Virus record (IMG/VR): IMGVR_UViG_3300033153_007754
Location: 89,501 to 153,500 of that record
Length of the DNA: 64,000 nucleotides
Source: a virus
Strand: one strand, 5' to 3'
The number at the start of each line of letters is the position of its first letter. The stretch's first letter is position 1. Shown here piece after piece: positions 9,451-19,426 of this stretch. Both the position numbers and the translations under genes were made by a program. A model generated the notes under the pieces. The model ran no database searches. It worked only from the letters and a program-made list of their open reading frames with translations, and was not told where the DNA came from.

Positions 9451-10185
9451 TTAACCAACATATAAATCACTTCCGGCCGAATATTCAGACTTAAATTTTT
9501 CTTCTAAAGCTTCAACATCACTTTTCCCTTCAGTGTAAATAAAATTAGCATTAACGTTCGCACCACCTGAAAGCTGTCTATCACCAAATTTAGATAAATT
9601 AAAACCCCAATAAGATTTACTCCATGCGACAGCATAAGCACGAATCCAAATGTTATTATAATAAACAGGGGAATCAATATCATATCTTGCTTCAACTTCC
9701 AAGAATATTTCATCACCAATTTTAGGTGTTGGTACTATATTTAATTCTCTACTTTCAGAACTAAATTCAAATTTCACACCACCTGAAAAATGATTTTCAA
9801 CCATAGTTGCATATTCAGCATATAATTCATAAGATATTATATCATAATTGTTATAACTAGAACCTGAACGCCAAGCCAGTGAATAGTCATCAAATAAGAC
9901 ACCTTCACCAAAACGAGCTGATAATGTGCCACTTTTACTTTTTAAAACTTCATTAATAGCCATTGTACCGGCTGGCAAAACAATGGAAGTAGGGTCATCA
10001 ATCGTAATCTTTATTACTTTGCGTCTTGTGGATTCCATAGATGTTTTACTAATATAATATCTCAATGCTTTGTCAATTGCGTGTTTTACTTGTATCTTAG
10101 CAACTTCCTGATGTATAATTGGGTGTCCTAGTTCTACTAATATGTAATTAACAAATTCGTCATATGTTTGTATATTTATTATCAT
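9451..10185 (-). CDS. Neck protein (T4 gp13-like)
   Basis: YILVELGHPIIHQEV, YNNIWIRAYAVAWSKSYWGFNLSKF, LSGGANVN, terminal LYVG. Confidence 0.9.
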   Translation of the reverse strand: MIINIQTYDEFVNYILVELGHPIIHQEVAKIQVKHAIDKALRYYISKTSMESTRRKVIKITIDDPTSIVLPAGTMAINEVLKSKSGTLSARFGEGVLFDDYSLAWRSGSSYNNYDIISYELYAEYATMVENHFSGGVKFEFSSESRELNIVPTPKIGDEIFLEVEARYDIDSPVYYNNIWIRAYAVAWSKSYWGFNLSKFGDRQLSGGANVNANFIYTEGKSDVEALEEKFKSEYSAGSDLYVG

Positions 10186-10850
10186 ACCTTACCTTCTTTT
10201 TCAATTTCAATCATTTCATAAATTGATGAATTAACCAATTTTTTTAATTTAATTGCAAAATATTCTCTTCTAACATGTATTGATTTACTAGACATTATTA
10301 AAACTTCGATTTCTTGTAAAAAACGCTCAATTGCGGGAGCATGTATTAAACTAAAACGTTCAATTAGTGGCTTTGTTATCCCTGCTTCTTCCCATATTTG
10401 AGTATAATGGGTTACAGTTTTTTCAGCATATGATTTAATATTATTCATTTCAGTTTCATTGTCATAAAAATTTGAATTTAAGAATCTTAATGTTATAACA
10501 CCTTTTAGAAATATATCTTTTACTGCTAATATTTTAATATTTAATAATTTCTTTTTTTCAATGTCTACATTATTATTCCCATTTATCATATCCTGTAATT
10601 GATGTAGATATGTAGATATTTCATGAAATAACCCCCTCCCACTAATTAATACATATTCGTAAACTACATCTATAGCAATATAATGTACAAATGTAAGAAT
10701 GAAAAAAGCATAAAAAGGGTTATTTAAACTTAATATTAAGTTAATTGCTATAAAAGCTAAAATACCCGACAACAAGAATTTTACTATAAATGGTCGTCTC
10801 ATTCTTTTTAACATATTAATTATTTTAATTTTCATTTCCATCTTCTCCAT
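10182..10850 (-). CDS. Membrane protein with two N-terminal TM helices (possible lysis protein)
   Basis: Hydrophobic segments FLLSGILAFIAINLIL and FYAFFILTFVHYIAI. Confidence 0.45.
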   Translation of the reverse strand: MEKMEMKIKIINMLKRMRRPFIVKFLLSGILAFIAINLILSLNNPFYAFFILTFVHYIAIDVVYEYVLISGRGLFHEISTYLHQLQDMINGNNNVDIEKKKLLNIKILAVKDIFLKGVITLRFLNSNFYDNETEMNNIKSYAEKTVTHYTQIWEEAGITKPLIERFSLIHAPAIERFLQEIEVLIMSSKSIHVRREYFAIKLKKLVNSSIYEMIEIEKEGKV

Positions 10851-11250
10851 TTAGATATTTAACAATTTCTTCAATGTCATTTTTGTTTTTATCTGATTTT
10901 AAAATTAATAATAGTTTCACCAAAAAAGAACTTTTTTTATTTTTTAAAAAATTAACAATATCATTAAAAATAAATATAATGAATAATTGTACAAAAATAA
11001 CACCTAAAAAATAAGAATGAATATGTGCAATTACAATAACCGTTTTGTATATAATTATATGATAAACCATTACAATTACACAATTGTTAATAAAAAACTT
11101 GAATGTACTTTTTAATTCTTTTTTGATTATAACTTCATTTGTTTCACGGTTAATTAAATATTTATATGCTACAAGAAATACACCCCTGAAAACAAGAAAC
11201 AATAGTATGTATATATATATTAATGTGTAGCTTTCCAAAATAACCTTCAA
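10825..11250 (-). CDS. Multi-TM membrane protein (possible holin)
   Basis: Three hydrophobic segments and a charged C-terminus; overlaps the next gene. Confidence 0.4.
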   Translation of the reverse strand: MKVILESYTLIYIYILLFLVFRGVFLVAYKYLINRETNEVIIKKELKSTFKFFINNCVIVMVYHIIIYKTVIVIAHIHSYFLGVIFVQLFIIFIFNDIVNFLKNKKSSFLVKLLLILKSDKNKNDIEEIVKYLNGEDGNEN

Positions 11251-11264
11251 ACATATAAAACTAT

Positions 11265-12104
11265 TTACATGTAAACATAAATCCCAGTTATTAGATTACC
11301 CTCTCCACTTATCATAAATCCTATTTTAAGGTAATATTCGTAACTGTAAGTATCTTTGTTTTTAGTGTATAAGTTATATAGCTTTAAATTATGTTCATCT
11401 ATACTAGAAACACTATCAGGTATATCAAATAATTTATTATAAGCAATATCAACACTTTCTAGTGATTTATTAAGAATGGATTTTAAATTATCTTCAGCAA
11501 CATCCAACATAAATGTATCAAGTTTATCACCTTTTAGTGTATATAATAAATTATAGTATTTATCTATTACTGGTCTTAAACACTTATAATTTTTTATTTC
11601 AGATAATTTTAAATCACAACTTATTTCTTTATAATTGGATACACTCATTTCACCTAAAAAAATATTATATTTAACATTAAATATTTCATCAGGGTAATTT
11701 CCCTTTATGTAATTAAACACATTTTCATTAAGTGTATAAAGATGTATTTTTTCACCTAATTTTCTTGCAACAGCTAGTTTAGTATAAAAATCATTATTAG
11801 CAAATCTTTCAGTAAAATATAAACTACTATTTTTATAAATTGTTTCCATTAATATATCACTTAATTTATCTTGTTTTAAACCATCTTCATAATCAGTTAT
11901 TTTTCTTTTATTTTTTATTTTATATTTTTTATTCTCAATGTGAAAATAATCACCAATAATTTCTATCATTTGATTATCTGTTTTTCTATATTGCTTTTTT
12001 AACCTTGAATACGCTGATTTTGTGAATTCGTAGTAAAAATCATTATATACAATCACATTTTCAATAGGTGTTTTAAACTTAATTTTATACATATCACCTC
12101 TCAT
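11265..12104 (-). CDS. Hypothetical protein
   Basis: 279-aa ORF coupled to the resolvase gene. Confidence 0.6.
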   Translation of the reverse strand: MRGDMYKIKFKTPIENVIVYNDFYYEFTKSAYSRLKKQYRKTDNQMIEIIGDYFHIENKKYKIKNKRKITDYEDGLKQDKLSDILMETIYKNSSLYFTERFANNDFYTKLAVARKLGEKIHLYTLNENVFNYIKGNYPDEIFNVKYNIFLGEMSVSNYKEISCDLKLSEIKNYKCLRPVIDKYYNLLYTLKGDKLDTFMLDVAEDNLKSILNKSLESVDIAYNKLFDIPDSVSSIDEHNLKLYNLYTKNKDTYSYEYYLKIGFMISGEGNLITGIYVYM

Positions 12105-12637
12105 TCTCTGGATAAAAAATAGGCATCAACGATATCTGAAATTCCATCTTTGCCATATTTAATATTATACTTATCTGCTAATGTTTTTATATATCCTTTA
12201 ACCAGTTTTTCAGGGATAGATTTAAACATATCCAACTTATCTGCATTACCATTTCCGGTGGCGTTTTTCTTTAATACTTTAATCCCAACAAGATTTATTT
12301 CTATACTGCTTTTACTAATCAAATATTTAATTGTACCAATTAATTCACCTATCTGATATAAACGCATAGATGCACGTGAAAAAGCATAGTTTTCTACGGA
12401 TATTCTTATTGGATTGTGTGATATTATAAAGTGTGATATAGTATCTATTCGTTCATTAGGTGTTATTTCACAATCAACAAATTCAACATTAAAATTACCA
12501 TCATCAGAATTATATTTTTTTAATTTTATCAACTTTTTTCTGGATGTTAATAATAATACATTTATAATACCATTATCAGTATTTTTTATATAAATACAAG
12601 ATTTTTTTAGTGCAAGGTCACAACCAACTTGAATCAT
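12101..12637 (-). CDS. RuvC-like Holliday junction resolvase
   Basis: VGCDLA, ISVENYAF, IGELIGTIKY, KKNATGNGNADK, DIVDAY. Confidence 0.85.
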   Translation of the reverse strand: MIQVGCDLALKKSCIYIKNTDNGIINVLLLTSRKKLIKLKKYNSDDGNFNVEFVDCEITPNERIDTISHFIISHNPIRISVENYAFSRASMRLYQIGELIGTIKYLISKSSIEINLVGIKVLKKNATGNGNADKLDMFKSIPEKLVKGYIKTLADKYNIKYGKDGISDIVDAYFLSRE

Positions 12638-13029
12638 TATTGCAACTCTAAAAAATTAGAAATATGGTTTTCATTTATACTTGGTACATTCCAGATAACA
12701 TTATAAATTAAAGTGAATTCACCTAGTGTTTGTGTAGAACCCAATATATTTATTTCAATTCGATTGATTTTATACACTCCATTTGGTAAATTGATAGATA
12801 AATCAATCTGATTTAAACCCTCGCTTCGTTTTGTCGGTATACCTGTTGTTATACCCCCCTTGTATGTTAAAACGCTTGCATCGTTCAATTTTGTGACTTC
12901 AATTTCTAAATAAAAATCATTATTATCAACATCAAATTCAGATAACAGTGCAGACTTATCAGGGAACATGAAATTCATATTGTTTCGGTATACATTAATT
13001 TGTGGTGAGTTTGCTAAATTTAAAGCCAT
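12637..13029 (-). CDS. Hypothetical protein (possibly virion)
   Basis: 130-aa beta-rich ORF with an upstream ATAAATA. Confidence 0.5.
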   Translation of the reverse strand: MALNLANSPQINVYRNNMNFMFPDKSALLSEFDVDNNDFYLEIEVTKLNDASVLTYKGGITTGIPTKRSEGLNQIDLSINLPNGVYKINRIEINILGSTQTLGEFTLIYNVIWNVPSINENHISNFLELQ

Positions 13030-13109
13030 AAATAACCCCTTAAAACATATAAATATTGTTACATATTTATTTTAAATAATAAAGTTATTTATTTTTTTAT
13101 GGTTTTCTC

Positions 13110-13349
13110 CTATAGGTTTGAAATTTTTGTGTCTATTTCTTTTAAAATATCTTCTGAATAACCTGAAAATGAAAAATAACAGTGTTGGAAATTACTAACA
13201 GTTGCATTAAAATCAGTGTCACCAATTATAATATTCCAAATTTTATTATTTTTCCAATTTTCTACATTCCCGAATATACCAACAAATATTTCATTATTTT
13301 TATTTTGGTTTTTCCTTTTTAATTTTTTCAATGCTTTTAATAAATCCAT
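13110..13349 (-). CDS. Hypothetical protein
   Basis: GAGGTGG RBS; 79 aa. Confidence 0.5.
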   Translation of the reverse strand: MDLLKALKKLKRKNQNKNNEIFVGIFGNVENWKNNKIWNIIIGDTDFNATVSNFQHCYFSFSGYSEDILKEIDTKISNL

Positions 13350-13360
13350 AATACCACCTC

Positions 13361-13390
13361 AAAAAAAGAAGCCCCTTAAATGGGGCTTTA
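13361..13390 (-). terminator. Intrinsic terminator
   Basis: AAGCCCC-loop-GGGGCTT followed by a T-run on the minus strand. Confidence 0.7.
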
Positions 13391-13394
13391 AATG

Positions 13395-14867
13395 TTAACC
13401 ATTAATTATATAAGTTGTCCATACATTGTAGTCATCAAAACCACCTTTCTTCGATGTGCAATTTAGGTTCAACCAACTTTCAGGTGAACCAGATTCTTTT
13501 AAAAACCCTTCTAAATAACTATTATTTGTAAGTATCCCAGAATATGAATGTAGCTTTACTTTTATTTCTTCACCATTTTCATATTTTTCATAGTCTAATT
13601 GTAATTTATCACTTGCCATTTTTTCTTTTTGTTTTTCAGCAATCAAACCACATTTTTTATTTAGATAAGCAAATTGTTCAATATCTCTTATACCACCTAT
13701 TTTTTTGCCATCTAAAGTGGCTTTTTCAAACTGTATTGTATCCCATTGTATTTCACAATTATTTAAGTAAGATGATATTTTTTTATACTTAAGACCATCC
13801 GCCTTAACAGATACGCTTGTTTCAACTTTACCATCTAAAACAATGTATTGTATGTTTATAAAAAAGGTATGACCTTTTCTTTTAAGTTCAAATTCTTCTT
13901 GATGACTATAATCGTCAGTAGGATTTTCAATATCTTTTAAAAGTTCAATTTCTTCAAGTTCTTTTTGTTGTTTTACTTCTTCAATTTCTTCCAATCTTTT
14001 AATTTCTTTTTCTTTTTTAGCTTCTGCATTAACACTTTTAAATTTCTTAGATTCTTCTTCTGTTGTATCCAGAAAAAGAGTTTGTGAAAAATACATTGGG
14101 TCATCTTCTCCATAAGACATATCAACATTTTCACTTGCTAGTGCAATGTCTCTTTTATTTTGTCTTTTCCCACCACTCCAATAACATCTATTCATTAATT
14201 CTTCTGTTATTTCCATTCCATATTGACCTAGATATTCACCATGTTTTTTAATAAAATTATTCAATCTTTTTTCATTTTGTTTTTCAATTTTTTCATTTTC
14301 TACAATTTCATTTCTTTCTGCTTTTAATTCAGAAAGTTTTTTAATTTGTTCTTTTGTACCATTTTTTGAAACGAAATCAGCCTTTTGAGTTCTCCAAAAT
14401 TTATTAATATCAGTTTCAATAGCAGATAAATATTTATCTGCTATTTCTTCTTTTTTTGATGCAACAACATTTTTTAACTCTTCTAACATTTCAACATTTT
14501 CACCAGCAAATTCTTTACATTTCTTAATGCCATTACTATATAAGTAATCTGCATTTAAAACGTAATTTAAGGATTTATCAAAAGCTTTTCTATTTTTTTC
14601 ATCAATTTTTTCTTGTTTTTTAACTTCTTCTTCTTTTTTTGCATTTTCTAAATCACATTCTTCAATATGATAGGCAATTCTAACCTTGCCGTATCTACTT
14701 GAAGATACTTCAGTTTCACAATTTAAAGTATGAGTTTCCCCAACTTTAAAACTTTTCATGGTTTCTTTTTTTTCAAGTTTCCATTTAAGAGAATAACCCT
14801 TAAATTCTGTAGTGCAATGTATCCATTTTCTTCCCATCTTTTCTATCTTTAGTGTTAATTCAATCAT
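13395..14867 (-). CDS. Early hypothetical protein (490 aa) in a promoter/stem-loop cassette
   Basis: Long ORF directly downstream of cassette 1 and an AGGAG RBS. Confidence 0.7.
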   Translation of the reverse strand: MIELTLKIEKMGRKWIHCTTEFKGYSLKWKLEKKETMKSFKVGETHTLNCETEVSSSRYGKVRIAYHIEECDLENAKKEEEVKKQEKIDEKNRKAFDKSLNYVLNADYLYSNGIKKCKEFAGENVEMLEELKNVVASKKEEIADKYLSAIETDINKFWRTQKADFVSKNGTKEQIKKLSELKAERNEIVENEKIEKQNEKRLNNFIKKHGEYLGQYGMEITEELMNRCYWSGGKRQNKRDIALASENVDMSYGEDDPMYFSQTLFLDTTEEESKKFKSVNAEAKKEKEIKRLEEIEEVKQQKELEEIELLKDIENPTDDYSHQEEFELKRKGHTFFINIQYIVLDGKVETSVSVKADGLKYKKISSYLNNCEIQWDTIQFEKATLDGKKIGGIRDIEQFAYLNKKCGLIAEKQKEKMASDKLQLDYEKYENGEEIKVKLHSYSGILTNNSYLEGFLKESGSPESWLNLNCTSKKGGFDDYNVWTTYIING

Positions 14868-14869
14868 GT

Positions 14870-14940
14870 GATTCTCCTACAAATCATGGCTTAATTACCA
14901 TCTATTTACAGTATATTGATTTTTCGGGATTTGTCAAGGG
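14870..14940 (-). promoter_or_regulatory. PeSL-like cassette 1 (promoter, stem-loop, RBS)
   Basis: TTGACA-17 nt-TATACT, ATGGT-AATTAA-GCCAT, AGGAG. Confidence 0.8.
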
Positions 14941-14959
14941 TTTTGTTACTTTTTTTGTA

Positions 14960-15409
14960 TTATTTTTTAGAAATCTTATCTAACACAACTGAATGTACAT
15001 TTTCTCTTACTATTTTATAATTGTATTTAGTTTTAAATTCATCATTAAAAAAGATATAATTATGTACCACTACACCATGAACATAACCATATAATCTTAG
15101 GTGACTTGGTGGATTAAGTTCTTTTATCATTTCTTTCGCAATCTTTATATTTTCTTTTCTAACTTCTTCATAGTCTTTCAATTTACCAACTTTTTTTAAT
15201 ATTCTTTCAAATAAATTTTCTGCTGTATTTTTTTCCAATACTTTCCAGTACCAACTATTGTTGTTTATATACACTTCCCATTCATTTTCGTATTCTAAAT
15301 ATTCTACATACCCGTAATATTTTCCTAATTCATTATATAATAAATCATCAATATCTTTTTCTATTTGTTTGATTATGTTAATGTTTAATGTTCTTTTACC
15401 CTTAGTCAT
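14960..15409 (-). CDS. Early hypothetical protein
   Basis: 149 aa, downstream of cassette 2. Confidence 0.65.
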   Translation of the reverse strand: MTKGKRTLNINIIKQIEKDIDDLLYNELGKYYGYVEYLEYENEWEVYINNNSWYWKVLEKNTAENLFERILKKVGKLKDYEEVRKENIKIAKEMIKELNPPSHLRLYGYVHGVVVHNYIFFNDEFKTKYNYKIVRENVHSVVLDKISKK

Positions 15410-15411
15410 AT

Positions 15412-15480
15412 AATCCTCCCAGATTGTGGTTTAATTGCCACCTATATACAATATACTCATTTATTTAAATTTGTCAAGGC
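15412..15480 (-). promoter_or_regulatory. PeSL-like cassette 2
   Basis: TTGACA-17 nt-TATATT, GTGGC-AATTAA-ACCAC, GGAGG. Confidence 0.8.
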
Positions 15481-15499
15481 TTTTCTTACTTTTTTTTGA

Positions 15500-15575
15500 T
15501 TATTTTTTAGATATATTACCTAATACAACTGAATGTACATTTTCTCTTAGAATTTTATTATTATATTTACTTTTG
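15500..15575 (-). pseudogene. Remnant copy of the 3' end of 14960..15409
   Basis: Translates KSKYNNKILRENVHSVVLGNISKK* vs KTKYNYKIVRENVHSVVLDKISKK*; offset exactly 540 bp. Confidence 0.8.
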
Positions 15576-15590
15576 TGGATTTATGTTTTT

Positions 15591-15977
15591 TTATTTATAT
15601 TCTCTAAATTGAACATGCTTGAATAGTGGTCTCTTTTTCACAGTACCATCCGGTAAAATTTCTTCACTACTTTCTCGCCGTGTTGTAGCATACACCGCAA
15701 TAATACCATTTTTTTTACCAAAATTAACTAGGTTATATGTTACACCAAACTCACCAGATATGAACAATACATCTCCTTTGTTTAATTTTGAGATTTCCTT
15801 TTTGAATGAGTTAAGCATTTCAGAATCCAATTCCCCATCAGGTGGTACCTGTGAAAATCTCTTTTGTAAATCCTCACTAATAGTTTTAAATTTTTCAATA
15901 CCATATTTTAATGTGGCATCTTTTTTTTGATTCTCATTCATTGGGTGGCTTGTCATTTTTAACATTGTCTTATTCAT
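15591..15977 (-). CDS. csx20: Csx20-family CRISPR-associated protein (putative cOA ring nuclease)
   Basis: SHPMNENQKKDA, FSQVPP, GDVLFISGEFGVTYNLV, YATTRRES, FKHVQFREY. Start reassigned to the ATG at 15977, after AGGAG. Confidence 0.8.
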   Translation of the reverse strand: MNKTMLKMTSHPMNENQKKDATLKYGIEKFKTISEDLQKRFSQVPPDGELDSEMLNSFKKEISKLNKGDVLFISGEFGVTYNLVNFGKKNGIIAVYATTRRESSEEILPDGTVKKRPLFKHVQFREYK

Positions 15978-15979
15978 AT

Positions 15980-16050
15980 CATTCTCCTGTTGAATCATGG
16001 CTTAATTGCCATCTATCTATAACATACGGATTTTTTTAGATTTGTCAAGG
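15980..16050 (-). promoter_or_regulatory. PeSL-like cassette 3 (drives csx20)
   Basis: TTGACA-17 nt-TATGTT, perfect ATGGC-AATTAA-GCCAT, AGGAG. Confidence 0.8.
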
Positions 16051-16149
16051 GCTTTCTTACTTTTTTTGAAATTTAATTTGGATAAAAAACAATAGTACTA
16101 CACATGCTACCCATATAATACAGGAAATTAAAGTGAAATTAAGTTTTAT

Positions 16150-16887
16150 TTATATCCCAACAATATTTGGTTTAATTGGTTCTTTTTCATTAACACTTAT
16201 ATTTGCACGTTCTAATTTAATTTGTTTTTCCACATCATTTTCTTCAACTTCAGATTCATTAATTGTGAAATACTCATTAAATACATCTAATCCAATATTG
16301 TTAATCATAGTTTTACAAGATTTACATTTTCCACAATGACTTAAGACATCATCATGAATTAAGGGGTTTTCACACGTAGATATCATTTTTTTTAATTTAT
16401 CGTCAATCATATTCCATATATGTGTTTTTTTTATTTTAATCAAAGGGAATTTCAAAACAGGTCTTCTTACATATGTATGTATAAATGGTTTATAAGCATT
16501 ATATAATCTCTTGATTTCGGGTAAATAACTAATTGCATCATCACCCATAACATAACCTAGATGTATTTCATCAATGCTACTAGAAAAAATACTACACCCC
16601 ATAATCCATAACACCGGTTGTATTAAAGTTGCACTATACAGGTCACCTACTTTAATATCTACTTTCATTTGTGCACGATTAAATTCAACCCGATTGCCAT
16701 ACCTTTCTTTGAAATAATTATAAATTATATCACGAGCCTTGTTTTCCATCTTGGTTTGTGTTATGTTATTCCCTATTTCAAATTTAATTAAATAAACATG
16801 GTTGTCTGTGCTTGCTTCTAAAGCTTTTTGAATTAAATAAGTAGAATCCAAACCACCTGAAAACGGTATTAAAATATCTTTTCTCAT
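16150..16887 (-). CDS. QueC-like PP-loop ATPase (7-cyano-7-deazaguanine synthase family)
   Basis: FSGGLDST PP-loop; C-terminal TCENP...CGKCKSC zinc motif. Confidence 0.75.
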   Translation of the reverse strand: MRKDILIPFSGGLDSTYLIQKALEASTDNHVYLIKFEIGNNITQTKMENKARDIIYNYFKERYGNRVEFNRAQMKVDIKVGDLYSATLIQPVLWIMGCSIFSSSIDEIHLGYVMGDDAISYLPEIKRLYNAYKPFIHTYVRRPVLKFPLIKIKKTHIWNMIDDKLKKMISTCENPLIHDDVLSHCGKCKSCKTMINNIGLDVFNEYFTINESEVEENDVEKQIKLERANISVNEKEPIKPNIVGI

Positions 16888-17555
16888 TATTTACCTTCCT
16901 TTTTAAAAAAAATATTAACTAATTGGCTTATATTATTATAATCAATATTTTTCTTGGTTACTAATATATTATCAATAACTTCTTCCATATCTATTAAAAC
17001 GCCTTCTTTAGTATTATATATATCAAAATCAATGAAATTATCCCCATTATCATATTCTAACACCAAATCATTTTCATAAAGTGGCGAAATAAATGGAAAA
17101 TGTTCTAATTGATTAGCAATTTTATTAATTATAAGTAAAACATCTTTATGTATCAAATATGAATATTTTTCTTTTAAATCTTTCAATCTTTTTTCAATCT
17201 TTTCTTTCACGCTTGCTTTGTCAATCTTTTTATAAAAATCCTTAACTAATTGATTTATATTATTATAATCAACTTTTTTTTCTTTTATTAATACATAATC
17301 AACCACTTCTTCCATATCTATTAAAACACCTTTTTCAGTATTATATATATGAAATTCAATATAATCATAATTCCAATAATATTCCAATATTACACCACGT
17401 TCAACACCACGTTCAATTAGTGGATTAACAAAAGGTGGTCGTTCTAATTTACTAGAAATATTATTAATTACAAGCAATACATCTTCATGTATTAGATATA
17501 AACGTTTTTCTTTTAAATCTTTCAATTTTTTTTCAATCTTTTCTTTCACATTCAT
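16887..17555 (-). CDS. Hypothetical protein made of two tandem ~110-aa repeats
   Basis: VKEKIEKKLKDLKEK...DYNNINQLV repeated as VKEKIEKRLKDLKEK...DYNNISQLV. Confidence 0.75.
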   Translation of the reverse strand: MNVKEKIEKKLKDLKEKRLYLIHEDVLLVINNISSKLERPPFVNPLIERGVERGVILEYYWNYDYIEFHIYNTEKGVLIDMEEVVDYVLIKEKKVDYNNINQLVKDFYKKIDKASVKEKIEKRLKDLKEKYSYLIHKDVLLIINKIANQLEHFPFISPLYENDLVLEYDNGDNFIDFDIYNTKEGVLIDMEEVIDNILVTKKNIDYNNISQLVNIFFKKEGK

Positions 17556-17703
17556 TTATTTTACCCTCCAATTCAATTTTTTTACATTTATTTTTATATT
17601 CACAATTAAAACAACCTATTTTATTACAAGTACATTTTTCAAGTAAACATAGTTGTTTTTTAAGTATATCAATCTTTTTTTTCTTCAAAAACAACTCATT
17701 TTC
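17533..17703 (-). CDS. Small Cys-rich protein
   Basis: CTCNKIGCFNCEYKNKC; overlaps its neighbours. Confidence 0.4.
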   Translation of the reverse strand, partial: ENELFLKKKKIDILKKQLCLLEKCTCNKIGCFNCEYKNKCKKIELEGKINECERKD

Positions 17704-18127
17704 CATTATGCACACCTATAGAAAATAACCCACGTTCTTTTTTAAATGGACTACTAAATAACGTTCTAATACTAATATAATCAGCGGAATTATCAAACCA
17801 TTCTTCATCAATGCATATACTAATTAAATGTATGGGATATATTTCTTTTTTTTCTTTATTACATCTATCTAATATGATTTTATCAACTTCATTCACAAAC
17901 TTTTTGATGAAATCATTTGAATATAAATATTCTTTAAGATTTATAGTAAAACCATTCAAATATAAATGCGAAAAAAGCCTTAATAAATCGTGTTTTACTT
18001 CCTTATCTTCAATTCCATATTCACTTATCACTCTATATACGTATCTTATACTAATATTCTCTACAAATTCATATAGCTTTCTTATAGCCTTGTTATTATG
18101 TTCTGATGTTACAAAATATTCATCCAT
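17696..18127 (-). CDS. Hypothetical protein
   Basis: ORF in the minus-strand operon; start placed at the internal ATG. Confidence 0.5.
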   Translation of the reverse strand: MDEYFVTSEHNNKAIRKLYEFVENISIRYVYRVISEYGIEDKEVKHDLLRLFSHLYLNGFTINLKEYLYSNDFIKKFVNEVDKIILDRCNKEKKEIYPIHLISICIDEEWFDNSADYISIRTLFSSPFKKERGLFSIGVHNGK

Positions 18128-18194
18128 GTTTACCCACAAAAAATTAACTATGTGTATAATATCATAAGACTTAAATTTAAGGAATTAAATTGAT

Positions 18195-18971
18195 TTATTT
18201 AGTTTTTCTGAATGACTTTTTAATATCAAAACCAGCTTTTTTTATTTTAGTGTTATTACAGACTTCTGGTATGTTTTTTTCATTAAATCTTGCCGTATAC
18301 ATCAATATTTCCTGATATGCTTCAGTGTGTTCAACTGGTGCATTTATAAATTTTAATGGTATATTTTCTGATACACTCCAAATGGATTCTTCTGGTTTAA
18401 CGTAGTTTGGTTTAACAGGAAAATACGCCCATGAAACATTGCCGTTTTCACCTATTGGAAAAGCATTAAATATAATATTCAAAGAATAAACTTTATTTTT
18501 CATACAATATTCATCAAACACTTTTTTATTTAATATTTTATTAATATTTTTAAAATATTTTTGGTTTTGTCTTGCTTCATATTTATATAAATCATCAATA
18601 TCATAAAAAAATGGACTCACACCCCTACGTTCTTTACGTAATGTCATATAATGATAATAAAGATTTTTAAATCTATCATTTATCTCATAAAAGAATTCGT
18701 TTTTTGGGATTTCCGCACCATCTTTCTCAAAAACTATATAAGGATAGAATTTTCCACAAAAAAACAACACACCCGTTAATAACCCAATATTATCATAATA
18801 TTGCATTTTAGGGATGGCATCCCTATCTGATATAAAAGTGTCAAGTTCTTTTTCTTTCATATCTGTTACATTATTAAAAACCCGTCTTATATTAGTTTCC
18901 TGATAATCATATGCATAAAACATATAATCATAGAAATCATTGTAATTAGAATGTAATACTTTATTTTTCAT
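18195..18971 (-). CDS. Conserved phage hypothetical protein
   Basis: FCGKFYP and C-terminal AYQEI...KIKKAGFDIKKSFR pattern. Confidence 0.6.
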   Translation of the reverse strand: MKNKVLHSNYNDFYDYMFYAYDYQETNIRRVFNNVTDMKEKELDTFISDRDAIPKMQYYDNIGLLTGVLFFCGKFYPYIVFEKDGAEIPKNEFFYEINDRFKNLYYHYMTLRKERRGVSPFFYDIDDLYKYEARQNQKYFKNINKILNKKVFDEYCMKNKVYSLNIIFNAFPIGENGNVSWAYFPVKPNYVKPEESIWSVSENIPLKFINAPVEHTEAYQEILMYTARFNEKNIPEVCNNTKIKKAGFDIKKSFRKTK

Positions 18972-19036
18972 ATTTTCCTTCTACTATTTTTTTGAGTTTA
19001 ACCCAGAGATAAAGGGCTATAAGGGATAGTACTATA

Positions 19037-19426
19037 TTAATCATTTCTAACAAGAAAAAATTGTGACTTCTCATCAATATAATTTTTACCCACATAACAC
19101 CTTTTTTTGGTTTTTCTGTCTATAATACCTGTAACCAAACTACCATTATTAAATATAATTTTATCACCTATTTTTAAATTTTTATAATCAGGCAATTTAT
19201 CTAAATTATCTGGTAAAATAATTGTGTTATGTTGCCCTGAATGGAATAAAAATCTTTTATTGTTATCTAAAGTAGAATACACCACTATCAAACATTTTTT
19301 TTGAGATGGTGAAACCCCTACTTTACATATAGATAAACCTTTTCCACGGTTATATGTGCCTGTCCCATTTTGTGTTATAATAACCTTTGTGTCAACTTTT
19401 GCTGTCATAATATCAATGTTTTTCAT
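19037..19426 (-). CDS. Hypothetical protein with its own sigma70-type promoter
   Basis: 129 aa; TTGACA...TATACT and GGGAG upstream. Confidence 0.6.
   Translation of the reverse strand: MKNIDIMTAKVDTKVIITQNGTGTYNRGKGLSICKVGVSPSQKKCLIVVYSTLDNNKRFLFHSGQHNTIILPDNLDKLPDYKNLKIGDKIIFNNGSLVTGIIDRKTKKRCYVGKNYIDEKSQFFLVRND

Noticed and set aside
18982-19032. G-U-rich plus-strand hairpin between minus-strand genes
   Set aside because: Short and weak, with no promoter or second copy; insufficient support.
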